DNA of 55,811 bases from Candidatus Woesearchaeota archaeon (GTDB lineage Archaea; Nanobdellota; Nanobdellia; Woesearchaeales; GW2011-AR9). Shown here piece by piece: positions 52,901 to 55,811 of this stretch. The stretch lies in the NCBI GenBank assembly GCA_018303285.1, contig JAGVYL010000015.1, positions 1 to 55,811 of the forward strand, written 5' to 3'. Every line of letters begins with the position of its first letter. Within the stretch, counting starts at the first letter, position 1. The notes below the pieces were generated by a model. It saw nothing but the letters and a program-made list of their open reading frames with translations. It searched no databases and was not told the DNA's origin. Position numbers and translations under genes: made by a program.

Positions 52901-54485
52901 ATTCGTGGTTAAATTTGAAAGCAATAATTTTATCGTTTAATTCGTTTAGTAAGTTTAACTCGGCAATAAAGTTTATCTCTATCCTAGTTTCTATTTTTAG
53001 TTTATCTATAAAACAAATTATTTTTTTAGTATTCTGATCAAAATTCTTTAGATTAGAACTGAATCTGTTAATAGCCAAAGAAGTATTCTTGTCTTTCTGA
53101 TAATTGAAATATATGTTTTCGTTTGGATTTCCTAACACAATAAAAGAGGAATTAAACCTCTCTAGCTTGTCAAATAATATTGAAAACTCTTTTTTGTTTA
53201 GAGATATTGACCTTTTTAATGGGAAATCTACAATCTCGTTTTTTGATAGTTTCGCCAATTCTCCTCTAACATCATAAACAGATAACTCCCAAGGAGAGTG
53301 TTTTTCGCATAAAAATTGATAGAATTCATTGATATCCTTTTGAGATTTTAAATAAGATGAAACATCCTCTCGTTTTATCATTGAAGGTATAACTGGAGAA
53401 GTTTGAAGTTCTTTCATAAATTGTTTTATAACTTCTCTTTTGTTTCCTTTGTAATTATGTAAATTTAGGCAGTATCTTCCTAATCCTACTTCATCTAGTC
53501 TTTTTTGGACTACATTCAAAGCAGCCATTTTTTGGCTCACAAAAAGAATCTTTTTATTCTTTTCAATAAGAGCTGAGATAATATTTACAATTGTTTGACT
53601 TTTACCAGTTCCCGGAGGTCCTTGTAATACAAAAGTAACTCCTGCTTTTGCTAACTCTATTGCTCTTTTTTGGGAAGAATCTGCTGGAAGAACATCTACG
53701 CTTGTAGTATCATCAAATTCCTCTCTCTGCAATTCAGCAATTTCATCCTGTAAAGCCTCTCTATCTCCAACATACGCTTTCACTAAAGGGCTATCTTTAA
53801 CCAGTTTTTCATTAAAACTCAAATCTTCATACATGATAAATTTTTGATACGAAAAAATATCCATGTAGACATCTTCGGTAATTTTCCAATCCTTCATTCC
53901 TTCTATTTGCTTCTTAAGGTAAGACAGATATTCCGAAGGGGTTTGATTCTCAAATTCATTTATTTCTATGCCGAAATCGTGAGAAAGCTTCTCTATTAAT
54001 GCTGGATTTAATTGCATTTCTCCAGAATTAGAATCAATCTCAAATTTATGAGTTTCTTTACTAACAGTAGGTAGCCTGCTAATTTCCAAAGGCCAAAGAA
54101 AAATAGGGGCTTCTAAAAATAACTCGGAGTTGTCTGCATCTTTATATTTCAAAATTCCTAAAGATAAAAAACAAGTGCTAATTCCTAACTCTTGAAAGTT
54201 TTCTTTTGCCTTTAAATAAAGGGCATATAATTTTTTCTCAACAGTTTCCTCGTCTTCAGAACATAACCACTGCCTGTCTTTAGCATTATCCTTTTTCTCT
54301 TTTAGGATAAATATGTTTTGCTCATTTTCCAAATCTTCAATTACTTTAATGAAAGAGGGAGATATTATTTTTAGTGATTTTGATTTTGTAAATCTATAAC
54401 GCACAAGATTATTTCTTTTAGATAAATCTATAAGTTTCTTTTTCCAATAGTCAATTTTTTTGTTAATTATCTGTTTAGTATCCAT
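49968..54485 (-). CDS. 1505-aa SF1 (Upf1/Dna2-like) helicase with a DUF4011-type N-terminus, a Vsr/DUF559-like endonuclease domain and a DUF3320-like tail
   Basis: KLIDLSKRNNLVRYRF (DUF4011-like). Helicase motifs GPPGTGKSQ, IFDEASQ, MGDTQQLPPT, TVQGDERD, LNVSITRSR. Nuclease module YRVDLAI...LGVECDGSQYHSS..ARDRDKIRQVVLENLGWNIIRIWSDDW. Confidence 0.9.
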   Translation of the reverse strand: MDTKQIINKKIDYWKKKLIDLSKRNNLVRYRFTKSKSLKIISPSFIKVIEDLENEQNIFILKEKKDNAKDRQWLCSEDEETVEKKLYALYLKAKENFQELGISTCFLSLGILKYKDADNSELFLEAPIFLWPLEISRLPTVSKETHKFEIDSNSGEMQLNPALIEKLSHDFGIEINEFENQTPSEYLSYLKKQIEGMKDWKITEDVYMDIFSYQKFIMYEDLSFNEKLVKDSPLVKAYVGDREALQDEIAELQREEFDDTTSVDVLPADSSQKRAIELAKAGVTFVLQGPPGTGKSQTIVNIISALIEKNKKILFVSQKMAALNVVQKRLDEVGLGRYCLNLHNYKGNKREVIKQFMKELQTSPVIPSMIKREDVSSYLKSQKDINEFYQFLCEKHSPWELSVYDVRGELAKLSKNEIVDFPLKRSISLNKKEFSILFDKLERFNSSFIVLGNPNENIYFNYQKDKNTSLAINRFSSNLKNFDQNTKKIICFIDKLKIETRIEINFIAELNLLNELNDKIIAFKFNHEFSYLLSKDFEEYNSLIKELLSVLLELKEMREDMTKRVKDSFIDDLNTHQVEKIFRETSFFVRLFNQEYKTNKANLDKYAKIKIGYNEWISLFDEKAKYEKINRKLNEIVSKNKKKSEIIGDYSNLSNISRLDKYCKDLIPLFEISNKISKSKNYAIIQSLSNCNQKGLFRDFYYSLNETEGFFEVKQLTSLENIQDVLTVLEKLNNQFKNLKEVLAFKEEFIKLDEEVKEFIKKYFDNAVRSEFSKVFLKSYYLQILDEILKKSNKFSPKSLVEKFRDDDIKVRDIFRYKVMESVEDRQPKDNYSSMGSNEVSILKRENEKKRRLKPIRDLLEQIPDLAFALKPCFMMSPLTVSQYINPKNINFDIVIFDEASQIMPEDAVPCLIRAKQAIIMGDTQQLPPTSFFLSQDDESEEEIEDLESFLSESITKFRTKSLDWHYRSNNETLISFSNRFFYENRLITFPNPKENDNSGLDFVYIKQGVYDRGKSRKNRIEAREIVKIYRDLKKKFPKKSFGIIAFSMAQENAIREEFQIAGIPIEESIDVNNEEVFVKNLETVQGDERDIIILSVGYGKDSSGKFSYNFGPLNKEGGYKRLNVSITRSRFKTVVISSMLPDELDEDKINAEGVRYLKYYLDFAKNKDFTKYLQKTEGLQFDSSFEEAVYEELIKEGFDVSCQIGCSGYRVDLAIKHPKKPGEYILGVECDGSQYHSSRFARDRDKIRQVVLENLGWNIIRIWSDDWLNNKEYEIEKVREKVKNILKSKGISEPKQNNCLSKIDEKEDFKEIELKDKYKKYKIAELSKSDMDLEFDSYGSLNNYSAVSVIKRKIMQVLEIESPIEKELLYKRVLSSMGIQKLGRRIEHLFEEILKELKKDKGINIYQNTVSLEPINIFSEVKLSEESDRSFILIPKEELAGAIIDILKNSFSATKKAITSDIARGIYNNNRTGNKIRDKVEEAINHLIKNKLIDEEKDKIKLKR

Positions 54486-54486
54486 C

Positions 54487-55488
54487 TTAAATCAAATCAT
54501 CCAATCCTTTTTTATCTATTAGTTGTACTCCATTTTTACTTGCTAATTCAAATGCAGATTTTGTAAATGTTCCAGTAGTTATGACCATTGCCTTGTCGCA
54601 GTCATAAAATTTCATAGAAGCGACGACTTCTTGAACCGCTTTATTTCCGACGCTACCCACATATTTTTTTATTTGAACAGCAATAAGAACACCTTTTTTA
54701 TCTTCTAAGATTATGTCTGCTCCTTGATCGCCTGTTGCTTTTGTAATTTTAAGATTATATCCTTTTTTCTTAAAGCAAGAAGCAATAAATTTCTCGAATT
54801 CCAGTCCAGACATGGCTTGAATTTCTTTTTTTGAGGAGCTTTTTTCAGTTCGTAAAAGCTTTTCTTCAAAATTATCTAATTCTCTTTTTTGTTCTATTTC
54901 ATTTATTTTTTTTATTATCTCATCAACAGTAAGTTTTATCCCAGTTTTTTTAATAAGTTCATCAATAATATGCTCTATATACTCTTTTGCAGTTTTTTCG
55001 TAATCAAATATCAATCTATCCAAAATCAAAGATGCTAGTTCATCTAAATTATATTCTTTTTCTTTGACATAATTAACTAATTCATCAACTTTTGTGACAA
55101 ACTCCAAATTTTGAACAAGTAAATAAAACTCTTCTTCAGAGAATAATAGTCCCATCTTATTTTCAAGTAACCTTTTAAAAATAGGCAAATTATCAACAGA
55201 GGATTCATCATTATATCTTTTAGCATATTTTAAGAATAAATCGATAATTTCATCATTAATAGAATTATTTATGGATTTGAATTTTTCATATCTTTCTCTT
55301 ATTGAGATAGGATTATCAGCATTTTGCCATATCCATTTCTCAAAGTTATTATAAATACCTTTTTCTTGTTTATAGCCTTCGATTTCTGTTCTTAATTTTT
55401 TAAGGGCCTTTAATTCTTCCGTAGAAATCTCCTTTCTTCCTAATTCTCGCATTCTTCGAGCCCATTTATTTTCTTTTTTGGTATCCAT
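54487..55488 (-). CDS. Fusion of an unknown ~220-aa helical domain with an Mrr-type (PD-(D/E)xK) restriction-endonuclease core
   Basis: C-terminus GLEFEKFIASCFKKKGYNLKITKATGDQGADIILEDKKGVLIAVQIKKY...AVQEVVASMKFYDCDKAMVITTGTFT (Mrr_cat pattern D...QxK). The stop is 1 nt from the helicase start. Confidence 0.8.
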   Translation of the reverse strand: MDTKKENKWARRMRELGRKEISTEELKALKKLRTEIEGYKQEKGIYNNFEKWIWQNADNPISIRERYEKFKSINNSINDEIIDLFLKYAKRYNDESSVDNLPIFKRLLENKMGLLFSEEEFYLLVQNLEFVTKVDELVNYVKEKEYNLDELASLILDRLIFDYEKTAKEYIEHIIDELIKKTGIKLTVDEIIKKINEIEQKRELDNFEEKLLRTEKSSSKKEIQAMSGLEFEKFIASCFKKKGYNLKITKATGDQGADIILEDKKGVLIAVQIKKYVGSVGNKAVQEVVASMKFYDCDKAMVITTGTFTKSAFELASKNGVQLIDKKGLDDLI

Positions 55489-55492
55489 TCAT

Positions 55493-55811
55493 TTATCTCC
55501 TCTTGTTTACTTCCATCTTGAATTTATCCCTTATCTCATTAACTTTCTTCTCATTTAATTTAATAATAATTGACTTACATTTTACTAAAAACTCAGGAGC
55601 ATTCTTTACCATTTTATTATATTGCTCATCTGGAACAGTCCTGTCAATGTAATATTGAGAATCTATTCTTGCCTTCAGAGAATCTTCTGTGAAATCAAGA
55701 TCTTCTTCGCTGAAAAATTCTCTAAGAAATCTCTTTGCGAACGCTATTGTGCAAGAATGAATCTCACATTTTATGCCTATTTTTGTCAAAACTGAGTAAA
55801 GCGAAAAATAG
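55493..55811 (-). CDS. HEPN-domain protein, partial (frame stays open to the right edge)
   Basis: ...KIGIKCEIHSCTIAFAKRFLREFF...LKARIDSQYYIDRTVPDEQYNKMVKNAPEFLVKCKSII fits the COG2250-type HEPN pattern (H...F...; R....Y....t.ee......a.ef). The track start is TTG with no in-frame stop upstream inside the window. Confidence 0.55.
   Translation of the reverse strand, partial: YFSLYSVLTKIGIKCEIHSCTIAFAKRFLREFFSEEDLDFTEDSLKARIDSQYYIDRTVPDEQYNKMVKNAPEFLVKCKSIIIKLNEKKVNEIRDKFKMEVNKRR

Noticed and set aside
1-55811. CRISPR arrays, rRNA genes, transposases/IS elements, integrases, prophage structural genes
   Set aside because: I scanned intergenic regions and ORF translations and found no regularly spaced direct repeats, no DDE/tyrosine/serine recombinase motifs, and no rRNA-like conserved segments.

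Overview
This 55.8-kb fragment comes from a small-genome archaeon. A DPANN-type lineage is my inference, based on archaeal information-processing genes mixed with many bacterial-type genes. All family calls rest on motif recognition by eye; no searches were run.

The archaeal core spans about 21-37 kb, with ABCE1 at the left edge. It contains RtcA, a Zn-ribbon protein plus EF-1beta, Trm1, aIF5B, aIF1A, Pth2, L44e and S27e. It also holds an intron-containing tRNA-Trp and a tRNA-Thr candidate with two introns.

Several bacterial-looking genes are interspersed:
- a GAD-domain AspRS
- signal peptidase II (LspA)
- a RelA/SpoT-like protein
- two secreted proteins ending in a classical outer-membrane beta-barrel C-terminal signature

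A minus-strand cell-surface cluster occupies 10.1-20.0 kb. It encodes a 1074-aa adhesin with cadherin/Ig-like repeats, a surface protein with a C-terminal anchor, coiled-coil membrane proteins and a frameshifted beta-barrel gene.

The right third is accessory:
- HD, GNAT and GT2 genes and a RelE pair
- a decayed trxB
- a class II Fic gene
- three copies of a structured intergenic repeat
- an abruptly AT-rich three-gene operon (HEPN protein, Mrr-type nuclease fusion, 1505-aa DUF4011-type SF1 helicase-nuclease) that runs off the right edge

This operon is my best candidate for an undescribed defence module.

Several genes look disrupted: an in-frame TGA in a kinase, frameshifts in trxB and the beta-barrel gene, and a TrmB-family gene remnant. 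I saw no CRISPR array, rRNA, transposase or integrase.
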